DNA of 64,000 bases from Tubiluchus corallicola (taxonomy: Eukaryota > Animalia > Priapulida), in NCBI GenBank assembly GCA_030141605.1, contig JAQGDQ010000317.1, positions 124,001 through 188,000 of the forward strand. Reading direction: 5' to 3'. Both the position numbers and the translations under genes were made by a program. How positions within the stretch are numbered: the stretch's first letter is position 1; each line of letters begins with the position of its first letter. Shown here one piece after another: positions 14,001-27,600 of the stretch. The notes below the pieces were generated by a model. It searched no databases. It saw only the letters and a program-made list of their open reading frames with translations, and was not told where the DNA came from.

Positions 14001-15733
14001 TATTATTATTATTATTATTACTATACCAGCTTACTGGTATGTATTTTTTTAGTAGTATCAAATAGCGAATACAATGCTTAAAATGTAAGCTAGTAAACAA
14101 CTTGTAAATAATGTGTCTTTTATTTCTCAAGTTATTTTGGTAATTTTTATGTGAGATGTCTATAGCACTTGAAATTTGTTTATATACTATCTTTCACTGC
14201 CTATTTACTGAATTTAATAAGTAAAAACAATCATGAATGCACACTTTCCCTGTATATTATTATGAGCTTTACGTGCAAATACTGCTGCGCTTGAAAGTCC
14301 AGGTGCTAGCAATCGAAAAGCAGTTAGAGCCAACATACAGCACGTCTGATTGCCATTGCGAGGTGGACACCCGCTGGTTGATTGACGTCCTGAGATCTAT
14401 GTATACTGTCTACTTTTACACAAGACACCCTTACAGTGCATGTCAAACAAGCAAAGTCAATAATTTAAAATAAGGCACATTCTAAACATGGCAATTATTA
14501 TACAAAAATGCAGTTATTAGCTAACAACAAATAGAACCTACTCTAAGTGAAAAAAGGTCAAACAACAGAGAACAGGAAGAGGTAACATTACATAAACTTA
14601 GGTGGTACACAGAATAAATTGGCAATAATTTGAACAAGAATCCATCATAGATAGCTGGATCCATTCCTCCAGAGCGTTCAACAAAGATAGGCAGCACGTA
14701 CAATATGTACCCTGTTTGACTTTTTTACTGTGTCCACATCAAAGACGATGATGTGTTCACGACAAGACTGAGCCACTTAGACCCCAATTAGGACAAAGTT
14801 TATTTGTTAGTACAGTAGACACCGCTTAATAGACTCACTTGGGACCGAAGTGTTTTGACCAAATTAACCGACTGAACCTATTAACCGATGGGTGTAGTAT
14901 ACTGGAATAGAAGTGAGTCACCAGCTTACTATGCACTGCAAAGATTTTTAATTCTTTTGTGAAGTTAAAATAAGTGAATTAGCAATATATTAAAAAGCTT
15001 CTGGGAATTCTTGGGTGACGAGGTTAATTAAAGTGGAACTGTGGATCAAAGGAAGCCATTAGGCTAGCATATTAGCGTATGATAAATGTTCCTGCTTACA
15101 AGCAAAACAGTACTTAGCATGATTGCTTCTATGTATAATATAGGACAAAAGCGAACTAAGATGATATAAAAGTCATAAAAGCTTATTAGTCACACGAAAG
15201 ACTTATTGAAGCATGTGAAGCAGAAATATTGAGTCAATTATGCAGAGTTATTCGAGTCAATTACAGACAGTTTTTATGTACATTAGAATAGAAGCGGCCC
15301 ATACCTGGCGTTTTTGAGTCAGTTAAGCGATTGAGTATATTAACCGTGAGTCTATTAAGCGGCGCCTGCTGTAGTACCACTTCTAGCAAATCAAGAAACA
15401 TCAGCTAGTAACCACAGGTCAGCTAATCACATGCAAATCTAGTTAATATTTTTTATTAGGCAAGTGCAAATTCAGACCATGTAGTAGTGTTTGCATATTT
15501 AAATTCAACAATAACATAGGCCTATATAAGAAACTGCAAATACTTACATGAGGTCTCATCCACTCAAATTTGTATGGTGGTGCTCGGCTAAAATAGATGG
15601 ATCTGTCATTGGCAGGAAAATCAGGATCTTCAAACAATTTTCTTTTCTTTTGACAATCAGCACGAATCAGATCAAATTTTGAGGGGGCACTTGATGGCGG
15701 AGCCACCATTTCACTTCTGTGCCAAGTTTGCAT
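2079..15733 (-). CDS. Classical (PEF-containing) calpain large subunit, calpain-B/CAPN9-like, 18 coding exons, about 683 aa
   Basis: Exons in transcript order: 15548-15733, 13576-13657, 13175-13289, 10151-10291, 9155-9323, 8182-8357, 7133-7210, 6832-6989, 6215-6375, 5950-6038, 5424-5546, 4694-4817, 3958-4059, 3517-3585, 3195-3273, 2722-2838, 2449-2504, 2079-2105. All introns are GT-AG and phase-consistent (2052 nt total). Motifs: [17 protein letters not shown] (catalytic Cys), [19 protein letters not shown] (His), RNPWG (Asn), [19 protein letters not shown]-hands [12 protein letters not shown] and [12 protein letters not shown], ending FLEEAMRA*. The start Met is less certain because further upstream exons may exist. 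Confidence 0.95.
3586..3957 (-). other. U12-type (minor spliceosome) GT-AG intron in the calpain PEF domain
   Basis: The 5' splice site reads GAT|GTATCCTTTC, matching the U12 consensus. A branch-like TCCTTAGC (3595-3602) lies 9 nt from the exon junction, with no polypyrimidine tract. Splicing joins ...CKLMVSFFD to KNGSGKLG... in frame. Confidence 0.9.
7278..7520 (+). mobile_element. Probable tRNA-derived SINE in a calpain intron
   Basis: GC-rich head with degenerate A/B-box-like segments (ggatggcttaattc...ggttgcggaatcaacgcc), then ccgagtcataccagac, a LINE-like 3' segment (gggaccaccttggaaataag) and an (ATT)n-like tail. Confidence 0.45.
8696..9031. mobile_element. hAT (Ac-like) MITE
   Basis: TIRs TAGGGGTGAGCAT / ATACTCACCCCTA, subterminal TTCGAA/TCGAAT repeats at both ends, and an 8-bp TSD gaaataga/gaaataaa (1 mismatch). 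Confidence 0.85.
10940..11319. mobile_element. Partial copy of the Tc1/pogo-like MITE found at 14813-15371
   Basis: Alignable by eye to about 15000-15371 (gaaaaatattgagtcaatta..., gagtctattaagc...actg followed by ta). The left end is lost. Confidence 0.75.
14813..15371. mobile_element. Tc1/mariner-pogo (Tigger-like) MITE
   Basis: TIRs of about 26 bp, CAGTAGACACCGCTTAATAGACTCAC / GTGAGTCTATTAAGCGGCGCCTGCTG, flanked by a TA TSD. Confidence 0.85.
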
Positions 15734-16999
15734 CTTCTTTAAATTGTCACATAAAAGTTAAATTTAGCTGAAAATTTAATGTACACTGAATTAGTTTTAA
15801 CTATGACGATTTTAAGTTCGCACTGCTAAAAACTGTAAATTAATGGTGGTATATGTAAACCCACAATACAAAAAAATAAAACTTAAAGGCTACTAAGCAA
15901 GCAGCCATGGCTGTTTGTTACAATTCACATCTGAAACCACATTCAAATTCTTGCTATTAAAGTAAAAAAATAATTCTTTGCATATTAACTGGGCACCTGA
16001 TTTGTAAACTAAAGTAAAGAGGCACGGAAATACCTTTACATACCAAAGTAAGTTTAAGTGACAATCATGGATATAATTAAATACAATTACGTTACAATAT
16101 CGCGTGTTGGCTTTATATGGAAATATAATTATACAGAATTGCCTATTTGGGTCAATTTGGATGATGCACGAAATCATAAATTATAATACATAAATAATTT
16201 CTAATATGAGCGTATTGGACCTAACATAAACGTAAAAAAAAATGTACTCCAAACCACGATTACTACGTCAGTACAACTACTACACTATCTTGAATTATAA
16301 CTTATAATGTAGCACCATTTACCATGGTTACGCATGAAACCTACAACGGCAGGCTAAAGCGAGTAAAGCCTAAGATATTAGAGGCTATTAGACGTAATAA
16401 ATATTATGCTGATGGATAAAAACATATTTCAATCGTCAATAAAGCTTTTGAAATGTGATAATACAAAAAATCGTTCAAGAGAATGAGAATTTTAATCTTA
16501 CACTAAATAAACTGAAGACAAACTCAACGGTCGACCGGCGGTTGGAATTTCCAGCCCGCCCGAGTACGGAAATCTTCATAAATCTAATGACGCGTTATAG
16601 CAGAAATGTGTTTGGCTACGACCTATTAAATTTTAATTTTCAATTTCATTTTATTGCACCAATACAATAGTGTATCATGGCAAAAAATTAAAATTACAAA
16701 AAAATTAAAGTACAAGAACAATTTCAAAATATAACAAATGCAATTATGCGATGCTGCAAAAACACGAGTTTTATAATTTACTTAAATAGCCTACTTAAAT
16801 CTAATAGGAATTTATGTGCTTTTATGAAATAATATTTTATGCTACAACTACAATGAACAAGTAAAAATAATTAAGATAATCACAAACGAGATTAAATTAT
16901 ACAATCCCAGCACAATGTTTAGCCAGCACTCACAGATTACCACCAAGATATAAATGCCTTTTTTATCACATTCATTTAAGTAGTTTCCAAAGTGAATAA

Positions 17000-17995
17000 G
17001 GTCTTCTGGGTTTGTATTTAGAAAAAGTCACATTACTGAGTATACCTTTTTGCAAAGATAGATTATATATTTTTCGCTCATATTTTTGTCTAATATTTTC
17101 ATGCAATGGACAAGTAAAAAGGTAATTCGTTTTCTAATAATTTTGAGCTATTGTTGTAACAGTATTGACAAAGCCTTTCATCCTCTTTTTTATTTTTATA
17201 TCTACCAAGTTCTATTTCCAGGTCATGGTCGCTGATGCGTAATTTTGTAGTCTTGTGTCTCTGTTTCTTATTAGAAATAATTTTTAAATAACCTTCTAAT
17301 TCATAATTGATTTTTACATGTTTATAAAATCTTAGTTTGTTTTTGCCACCATTTTGTCTAGTATCATTATGTAGCTCTGTAAAAAATAGTTTTCTGTACC
17401 CTGATTTGAGTTTATTAACGAATTCTTTTAATTTTGCTATTCAGACACATTTTATCAATTTCATCTACACCATACGTTTGAAATCCTGGAAAATTTGCCC
17501 ATTTTGTATAAAGCTGTTTCACTTCTTCATGAGACTGGTAACTATACACATTTTTAAATAATGTATTCATTGGCTTTGTGTGTGTCATTACTAGATATTT
17601 GTGAATTGTTGATGCTTTAATTAACAGTGGGTATATGCCTAATTCGGCTCTACACTCTATATTGTAGCATTTCCCTGACATCTAAAACCCATTTTGAGAA
17701 TCTGTTCTGAGCATATTCGAATGAAAAAAAGATTCCACATCTTTAGAAGTTTTCTGAGTTGTCAGTGTTTATGTTATTTAGTTTGGTGATAAAAGACTGA
17801 CACCAAATTTCGCACCCACAAAGTACTACTGGTGAGACTAGGGATTCAAATAGGTAAAGAAGTATATTTACATCAAAACTGTATTGAAATATTAGAGATT
17901 TTAATTTAAATAATGCCCTAATGCTTTGTTTTCTCATTGTGTCACAGTGCTTTGTGTATGAACCATTGTTTGACCAGTGCAGCCTTTTTAGAAGA
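17000..17995 (-). mobile_element. Decayed non-LTR retrotransposon, 3' end of ORF2 (RTEX/L2-like)
   Basis: Frameshifted peptides LFESLVSPVVLCGCEIW, CRAELGIYPL and KLRISDHDLEIELGRY...ERLCQYC are typical of the post-RT C-terminal region of LINE ORF2. Confidence 0.8.
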
Positions 17996-19344
17996 CTAGA
18001 CATGCGAAGTTAACTTGCTTTCATTCTCTTTGAATCATAGTGCAGTTATTGTTTCTACTAGTCTTGTTTTTATTAGCTGCAACATTTCGTTTCGTTGCAG
18101 AAATGGGATTGGTAAAGCATGGTGTCGGGAGTTGGACTAGTATACAAAGTATAGTAGCGTGCTGGGGTTGGAGACATACCATTCCCATTTTGACTTGGAG
18201 TGGTACAGTATGGAAGGCTATATGCAGCATAAAATAGCTTAAAGAAAGTTCCGAAATTTTGTGCATCTCTGCATGGTCCACTTCTGTCGTTGAGTCTCAA
18301 TTGTTTCATTGGAAGCAAAACGAATGAAACTACAATCACCAAATTTGTTGCAGGAAGGTACACGACAAGAGCTGGAACCACGACTTTTGAGTTAAAATGT
18401 CAAGGCCTCAAAGATATCAATTACATGTATATCAATAGTTCCTATTCACTGCAACACAAGTTTTATCCTGCCACATTTATGTTATAAGCAATCGCTGAAT
18501 TGTTTAAATCAATCAGCAACAACTGGAATACAAATGAGCATTGATCTGGAAAGAAATGCAAGTGGTCACTTTACGAAGCTTATACTTTGTACAATGGTTT
18601 TTATACATTTGGTTTTCATACATATATATATATATATATATACTGCACCGTTTTTTCATAATTTTTTATTGTGAATTACAACACTTTAATCATGCTTTAT
18701 CTACAAGCAAATCATTATATAAATTTGCCAATATATTTAACATTGCTATTTTATAAAATACTTGGGTATATGTCGCACAGTATTCGCATTTTGCAAAATG
18801 TAAGTATCCATATATATTATATAATTACATATATTAGTATCCAGTTAATACATAAAAATTTAACTAGTAACATTAAGTTTGTAAATAATTTTATATCTAA
18901 TACCACATGTTGGCACAGCTGCTTTTAAAGCACACACATGAAATGAGTATTTCAATGGCGAAAAAAGTTTTACATTACATTTCTATATAAAATTACATTG
19001 GAATGATAACGGTTATGTTTACACCATCCAAGCAGGAGTGAAGTGTGTGACATTTATGTACCAAAAACCAGGAAAGAACTTTAATAAAAAACATAGTCTG
19101 AAACAAACAATTATTTCAAAAAGTGCCAGACTAGAATGATAAAAAAATCTTAAAGATATGACCACATTCAGGTATTATATTACAATTTCCTCAGCAGACT
19201 GAGATTTTCATCTTTAGAGATAGCGAGAGAAAGAATAAAAATTAGAACATTTGCCTTAATTGGTAGTAACATTAAATTAAGAAGAGATTAATTCCGCATG
19301 TAGTCTTGTATCATTATACTACAATCATGGGTTCAATTCATGTT

Positions 19345-19640
19345 CTCTATTTCTCTCTCTCCATTCTCCCCTGCTCTCCCCCCTCTGTCTCTCTCTCTCT
19401 CCTCTCTACCTCTCCTTTTCTTTCCTCTCCCGTGTCTCTTCCTCTCCAACTCGATTTCTCTACCTTACCCCTTCTCTCTGTTTCTCATTCACTTCTGTCA
19501 TTCCTTCCCTTCCTCCCTCTCTCTTTCACTCACCCTCTCTCTCTCGTTCTCCCCCTCTCTCTCACTCTCTCTCTTTCATTCTCACCCATACTCTCTCACT
19601 CTCACTCTCCCTCACTCTCACTTTCTTGCACCCTCTCTCT
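19345..19640. repeat. CT-rich low-complexity / degenerate (CT)n microsatellite
   Basis: About 300 bp of near-pure pyrimidine sequence on the plus strand. Confidence 0.9.
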
Positions 19641-21624
19641 AATATTTTAGCTTTAAAACTTATTATTAAACTATCAGAAGCATCTGTCATGGAATTAGGC
19701 TGTAGGCTTGTGTCATTGCTGATGCCATCTACTCAAAGAATTTTTCCCGATTAAAACAGTACTTAAGCATAAAAAAATCAAGGTCATACTTTGGAAGGTA
19801 ATAAATTTTTTGAAAAACGAATGCCCTGTGGACACCCTTCAGGCCACGATAATGAAAATCGGGCAGTTTCAAGGGGAAAGAGCTGGGGGCAATCGCTCAT
19901 CTTAACTTACAAAGAAAAATGAAAAAATCGCAAAAAATGAAAGCGAAAGAATTAAAAAACTGAAGAGAAAGATTAAAGTTAGCTAAACTGAAGAACTCTC
20001 CATGGCTATGGCAACGACTGAGAAAAATAAAAATTTTATTCTGAGGATCGTATCACAGAGCTCAAAACTATACGGAGTATTCACTTAACTCCTTCCCGAT
20101 GGGTATATACATTTACCTGTCATCTGTGACGGGTAAAAATAATACCTTATTAAGTAAACTTTTCATTCTCCAATTTTAACGAAATTTGGAAAAGAAAGGG
20201 CTAACATACAAGAAAATTATAAAAGAATAAAAAAGTTGTGTTGTTTTATTCATTTTCGGTCTCTGAAGAAGTTTTTCGAAAACTAATGGATAAAAATTCT
20301 GCTTTGCTCTTATGCAGCAACTCATTGTAGCAGCGACGTTGATCACCCCTGCACCCATTAACTCAGGCTATCATTAGCACTCCAAAGCAACTTTTATTGC
20401 CATCTGGGTGTGTGTTCACAGAATGTGACAGCTGCAAGCACTGTCCACTATCCAGTGCACATGAGCTGTACTCTGAACGGACTTGATGTTGTTTTGCTTC
20501 TAAACATACAAAATGCTTTCGAATGTTAGAAAAATATTAACAGTGCTTCTGGGTATTTTTTAAAAAATTGGTGCAATTTTACAGCTGGATTTATCACTTG
20601 GGCAGTAGTCAGTTACATGTTTACAGTGGGATAATTTCTGTATGTTTCACTTGTTAGCAGTACTGTATCTATGCAATCTAATTTTCAGCCTCTGCAAAAT
20701 CTCTTGGAAATAAACCAATATTCAGCGCAGTGGCCGAATGTCACAATTACCTGCTGCCAGTGCAAAGCAGACTCACCAGTGGCAAGTGTTGCAATTTCAG
20801 TGCAAATTTCATAATGTTTTAGTGCATTTGAACAGCTGTTAAATGTACAAACTTAGAATGATCTGCATGCTTTCATGTGAAAATGGAAGCTAAAAGGCTT
20901 TGAAATAAAAATTCTGCACATTTTTAGAATTATCCTGTTAATTACTCCATTGAGTAAAAAATCTAAACATTAAACTTACAGTGCTAGAAAGAAAATTTAG
21001 TTCTCACTTGGAAAATATAACGTTTACTCTAGTATCTCATGCATATAGGTCGCTATGGGCAGTTTTATTCGAGGATGTCAAAACTACAGAAATATTCATC
21101 ATCGTGAAGGAGTTAATACAAAATGTCAGTGGAAAAATTAGTGTCAAAAAAATCATGTTTTTATCAACATGTGCTGTCATTCTACTTTTTATTATAAGAA
21201 TATGAGTACATATAATCTGCCAAAAATCTGTTGTTGTTTTTCTTTAGTAGGAGGGAGGACTGGAACCTCCAAATCGCCCCCCAGCCCCAATTTTTACTTC
21301 TGAAACCGCTCCAAGAAAATGATGTGCAAACGGCATGAAGGCATGCAGTTCAGAGATTTAGTCCATGCCTTTAGCCCAGTCATTTACTCCATTATACAGT
21401 TAGATTATAAAAGTTAAATTTCTAAATTTATTACAGATTGAAAGTTAAAAGACAGATAGCAAATGTGGAATGTCACTCCCAGACAGATATGACTGATACT
21501 TACAGTACAATCTTTAACAAAAAACAGTTCAACAAGCGACTTACAAATCAGCAACACATAAAATATTCCAAAACCAGAATATGCACAAAGAATACTTGCT
21601 AATGGTGACGAACACCAATCTTCT

Positions 21625-24600
21625 TTACTTGTTACCACGAAGATTCAGCTTTCGACTTTGCTGGAAGAAGGAAGAAGAAAAATGAATTTTTCTATTCCAA
21701 TGCTGCATCAACAAGGTAAGAGATGAATTATTATAGTATGCCCGTGCTTAATGATGCTAAACAAATGTGTCATTAAGTGAAACGCCACTAAACGAAACAA
21801 TGCTTTTCTTAAGAAATAATGTAAAGGCATTCCATTGCATCCTAGGCACAGAAATCAATAGTACTTGCCTATTTAAAGCACTCAGTTGCTTGCAGGAGAA
21901 AAATCAAAATGCCTGGCTCATAAAGTAAGCATAGGGTTTATTGCTCATCTACACTACCTATTTGTTTAATTAAAAAACTCATGAGTAACTAACATTGCGT
22001 GAAAATTAAAATCGAATTTTGAAACATGAGCCCTTCCTCGTCTGGTTGCTCTCCTTCAGCCATTTTTTATCCCTTTCTTTCTACTTTTCCTTATTCCTTT
22101 TCCGCACTTCCTTATCCCATTGCATCTATGCCCTGCCTTCTTACTTTCAAGCTTCGTTCACCATCAAAGTCGTTTTCTGTGTTGTGCTTGCCACAGCTAA
22201 TATGCAAATGAGGTGAAAAGCGCAATTAACTATACAGGAATGTAGCATGAGAGCATTTTAGCAACTAGAGAATTTTGTCTACGTGTAGAAAAGCACTGAA
22301 TCATCTCGTCATCTGACTTAAGCAAATTATTATGGGCATAATAACCATATGGTGATCTGTGTTAAGCACCGGGCTTCATTTATAGAGTGCAAGTGCAGTA
22401 AACAAGATTTGGTCCTTAAAGTAAGGCTGAAACAAAACAAGTAGGGCGTTGTTAAAAGAGGACTTACTACACAATATTCATTGAGCTAAAAATCAGTTTA
22501 CACAACATTATGAACATTGATGAAAAGTTTATGCAGTTTTATTCACAAATAACATAATCAATGTGAATAAAAATCAAATGAAGTTAGTTATGATAAGGAC
22601 TTGGCTTTAAGTATAAATTTTCATAACGACAATTATTGTTAGGTATAAGATGTGGTCAGTGAGTTTGCCTACCTTGGAGTTACTATGAAGGGTTTCTTTC
22701 AGAGCATTAATTTCATCAGTTTGTCGTGACAACTTGTCATTCATCGTGCACAGATGATCACTCATAAGGCTCAACTGACCTTCGTAGTTTTTAGTTGTAG
22801 TCTGCAGTTCATCCTACATGGTAAAAAAATAGTTATTGCTAAGTTTATTAATTAGCGTGAACTACCAGATCCATAATGGCAACTGTGATCACAACTGAAA
22901 TGATTCAATTTCCAAATAACATCAACTGTATTATGTGTTAGATCATCATTCACCATAAGATAATCTTGGGAGTAAATTAATAGTGAGTCAACAAACAGTG
23001 AATGGCACAACAAAAACATGAGAAAATTGACAGCAAAAAATTATTAATTCTATACCTTTAACTGTGCAACAGTCGACTGCAGCTCATCTCGTTCAGATTC
23101 TGCTAATCGCAGTCTCTTTATTAAAGTCTGTGTCTGAAAAGTTTACAAGGTATTTAATGCTCTAATCAAGTGTACAAGGACAAAAGCATCCTGTATTTTC
23201 TATAAACTTTGGTACGCTGTGTAAGCCAATGTTCCAGCATTCAACAGCAGAGACCAAGTCATTTACTCAGCATGGCGTTTGCATCAAAGTTGCAGACTGG
23301 CTCATTAGCAAGCATATCTCCCTCAGATGAGTTATTGAACCAGCAAAGGTGTCTTAGCCACATCGGATACACACATACATACATCTCTACAGTTGACAAT
23401 CACAACGAGAATGGAGAACAAAGCAGTCGCACAGAGCAACTATAACAACAAAGTACAGAAAGAAAATTGACTGGTGATGGTACGAAAACTGCATGTGGAG
23501 GGGGTTGTCTACCATACTGCTCCTAGCTATTTTCCTCGTTGAGGGAAAATCTGCACCCATCCACACCGAGACCTGACATGCTTTTGCCAAGCTTTAAATG
23601 TCATCTTTTGGACAAATATAGTGATAAGCATCGTTTTTCATTTAGACAGTCAGAAACTGAATAATATCTAAGTTGTTACTAAAGGTAAATCACATGATCA
23701 CGATGCCTTCCCAGAACGTTTCATAAAACTTATCCACATTAACTCTTACACAAGACTCACCTCAGCATAAAACACAGCAGCTTTACTGTCAGCTTGCTGC
23801 AGTTGCTGGGATATACTAGTTATCCTTTCACTAAAATGTTCACGTATGAGATCTTCTCTGGCTCGGCTGTCTCCCGCGTCTAATACTGAATTAGCCTTAA
23901 AACAAGTAGTTTGTTAGTTATAAAATATTAACAAATATCAAAAAATATTAAGTAAGAAATCACTGTACAATGATAAGAACTACAAAAAGTAATCTATAGG
24001 TGAATCACAATTAAACAACCATTGGAAAAAATAACATTTTTAATTAGCAAAGAAATATAAAAGAATAAGTAGAATGGCATACTTTGCTAGCAGATGACAA
24101 ATCAGTTGAAATTGTCGCTTGAATGCCACTACCAGCTGAAGATGTGGATCTTGCAGTAGCTGATGAGTCAACAAATGAAGCACTAACTCCGGAGTCTCTC
24201 TCTGCATTGACTTTAGAACGATCATTCTGTAATTTCTCTAATCGTATTTGTAAAAGTTTAGCTTCCAACATCCAATGTTCTTTGTCTTGTTCCAAGGTGT
24301 TGATTTTCTCCTGTGCTGATATCAACTACAAACACAGGTACGTAATTTTTCACAGCAGCAATTCATTCATTTCGCATTCATGTTTCGTTAAGTAGCTGTT
24401 TACAACAAAAAAAATTAGCTAAACGCAATCAGACGGAAATAAACAAAAAGAATCTGAAAAAATTTGTAAAAGTACGGATGAATTATAGAAAAACCTATTA
24501 ACAGTAAAAATCAGAAAAATAAAGTTTACCAACTTTTGCATAAGATTTTAAGTTATAAAAACAAACAGCTTATAGACAACAGTATGATTGTCATTCAAGT

Positions 24601-27600
24601 AGGATAAAAAAGCAAATGCTTGAAATGCTTATAAATGTTATATACGAGTTCAATGCGCTAAACTTTGAACAGTAACCTTAAAAATTACACTAAGAAAAAA
24701 TGCAAAAACATATTAAGGATGCGTAGACATAAAAAGCTAAGACCAATATTAATAAAAATAATAAACTCAAGAAATGTAAAAAATTCTGAGGAAAGTAAAA
24801 TAATCGTGAGAAGTGTACGAGGAGGAATGGCGCTCAGTAAGCTTGACACAAACAAGCAAAATGCTGCCTTTGTAATATACGCTAAGAGCATTTCCCAGCC
24901 AGTGTGCCATAAGTCACTTTCCAGCTGGATCACAAAGCCTGGCCATAAAGCACTTTCCAGGTGGGCCATGGAGCATGACAGTTAAAATTCTGTTTTAATA
25001 TACATTATTTGTGAATTAGTAGAATCACCTGACGCGTGAAAAAGACAAAAGATAATAATTATTTCAATAAAAACTTCGTTGTTAGAATGTTCGTTCTTCA
25101 TCCTTATTTAATACTAGCAAAAACATCGGGAACAACATGCATATTTGCCTAAAGAAAATGTGGACCGTGGACTGTAAGGGGCCTTGATTTTTTTCCAAAA
25201 GCCATCTTGGCCACAGAGTGAAATATGTTGGTAACAACTGATTTAAGGAACAAAAAATAAACGGACATTCCAAAAAAACTTGAAAGTTCAAATATCAGAC
25301 AAAACATCAGACTACTAGTATATTACCTGTGCATTTACACTGTCTCTGCTTTGAGTACAAGTTTGTACAATGTGTTGATTAGCTATGGCTTCCTCATATG
25401 GCACACTCTCTGGAATGGGCTGGAAGAAACCAGAAAATATCTCATAGACAAAACTTCCCCAACATTATCACAATAATCATTCATCAGACAGAAGTGCTTA
25501 ATAGAAACACTATAAATACTATGGTTAATATTTACTATAAATGTAGACCAGCCATTTTTATTTAATGTTAACTAGTCCAGAATGCGAAGCATGGAGTTAC
25601 ATTGCTCAAGCACAGAAACACATTTTGCTTGAGCGTGGTTGTAAAATGTACAGATTTTAGTTAGATGCTGATTCAGATGGTACCTTCTATGGGTTCCTTT
25701 AAGTCATCTAAGTCTTTCTGCCTTAGTGCTCTAATATGATATCACAATATTAAAAAAGCCACCTCACACTACCTACACAAAATCACCCACACCATGCTAC
25801 ATCACCCATGTCATGCCACAAAATATGGAAACAATAAAAACATTTTGCTCAATGTTGAAACTGCGTGAATTAAATCCACCCACTGATGATCAATAATGTG
25901 CAAATATTCTACATAATCTTTGTTTTCTGCTCCTGAAATGATGACAATAATGCACAAACATTTTCCATAGTCTTTGTTTACTGTGGGTGAAATGACAGCG
26001 AACGAGATTGCAGACGAGTAACCCAAAAAATTAAGCACATTCAAATGTTGCTGTTACTTGTAATGAATTTTGGGTTTGACCAGGGCCAGATTATGATCTT
26101 TTAGGGTCCTAGGCTAATGAAATTATGAGGCCCCCTCAGGCGAAACCACTGTCTAACTCGCCCACACTCGTCTTGAATATTTTTTACCCGTGACACATTT
26201 TAGCAATACTTACATAGCTTGAAATAAACTTATTGCAAATCCTTTAAATAAACTAGAATAGCTATCTCCTGTTTGCCAATAAAAACGTTCTTTAAAAAAT
26301 ACCACTACTTTACTATTTATTACAAACCAAGTTAGCACATATTTCAACGTGAGGCCCTTGCGTTGAGGGGCTAGGCTAGGGCCCCCCTTGAGGGGCCCTA
26401 GCCTAGGCAGCAGCCTATATTATAGGATAATTCGGCCCTGGGTCTGACAATCTTGTTTTTTACATAAAAAAGGTAGAACTCCCTGCTAAAAATAAAGATG
26501 ATAAAGCCAAAATATCACCGATGAGTGTGAGTATTAACTATTACAAACCATTCAAATTTTAGCTGACAATCATCCATTGTGAATTAGTGTAATCAGTTAC
26601 CTACCTGACACAGGCTACTCATATACTCCGAGGCTTGTTCCAATAGACTTTGTGTTACTTTAGCAGGTTTGGCATTAGAAGTCAAAATAGTGCTCTTGAA
26701 AAAATCCAAGTTTGTTGCAACAACAGCTGAGATCTATAAGTAGCATGTACATACAGTCTATCAGTAGGTCATAATAATTACCCATGTGACAAAAAAGCTG
26801 CATCACTTAACTCTCCTATTTGTTAACTACTCTGCAATGTTGAACAACTTATGGGTACAGGTGCTAATTTAATTATCATTTTTCTATATTGTCCTTTGAA
26901 ACTAAGTGCTGATATTGGACTGAGTTCTTGAAGTCTTTAATATGCAAAAGAACACAATAAATTCCACTTTTTCTGATCATACACAGCTACCACATCAAAA
27001 CACTTATACATAGTAGCACATCTGTTGTCTAAGCAAAAAAGGAAGCAGAAAGGACAAAGTGCAAAAATGACGTATCATATTGTTCTACTAGGTTTATCAA
27101 CAACCATCTTAGTACAGATGCTGACTGGCACCCTTTGAATAATCCATTCAGTATTTTAAAGTGAAGTATTAGAGAATTTTGAGAAAAATAAATATACAAG
27201 CTGCAAAAATTATGAAATATATAGCAACTAATGAACGTAGGTAAAATATTCTTTTTTTCTGAACTATGTACTACCTTTCCAGTGCATGTGACCATAGTGA
27301 TCAGAGAAGATAATAGACTTTCGTTTACACTGTGAAGCTTCTGGGACGTTGTTATCATGCCCTTTTCCAAAATTATTTTACCATTGTAATGCTTACACAA
27401 ACCTGTGCATGGAAAAATTATCAATGAGACAAATAAGCTACCTCAGCAATAAGATAACATAGAATAAGAAGTTAATTGCTGAGCATTTTTCATTACATTT
27501 AATGCATCACCAAGAGCTAGTAAATTCATGAAAAGATAAAAACTTTAGTAACTTTTAGCATTGAGTTAAATGCAACACAAAATGTCAGTTTGCAATGCCT

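Noticed and set aside
13696-14130. 144-aa ORF, the longest in the track
   Set aside because: Intronic and AT-rich, built from a local direct duplication ([16 protein letters not shown]) and an (ATT)n run; no protein-like signal.
19306-19650. Leu/Ser/Pro-rich ORFs
   Set aside because: Translations of a (CT)n low-complexity tract.
25850-26000. Tandem repeat of about 54 bp with ORF 25811-26044
   Set aside because: Two degenerate intronic units; no splice or homology support.
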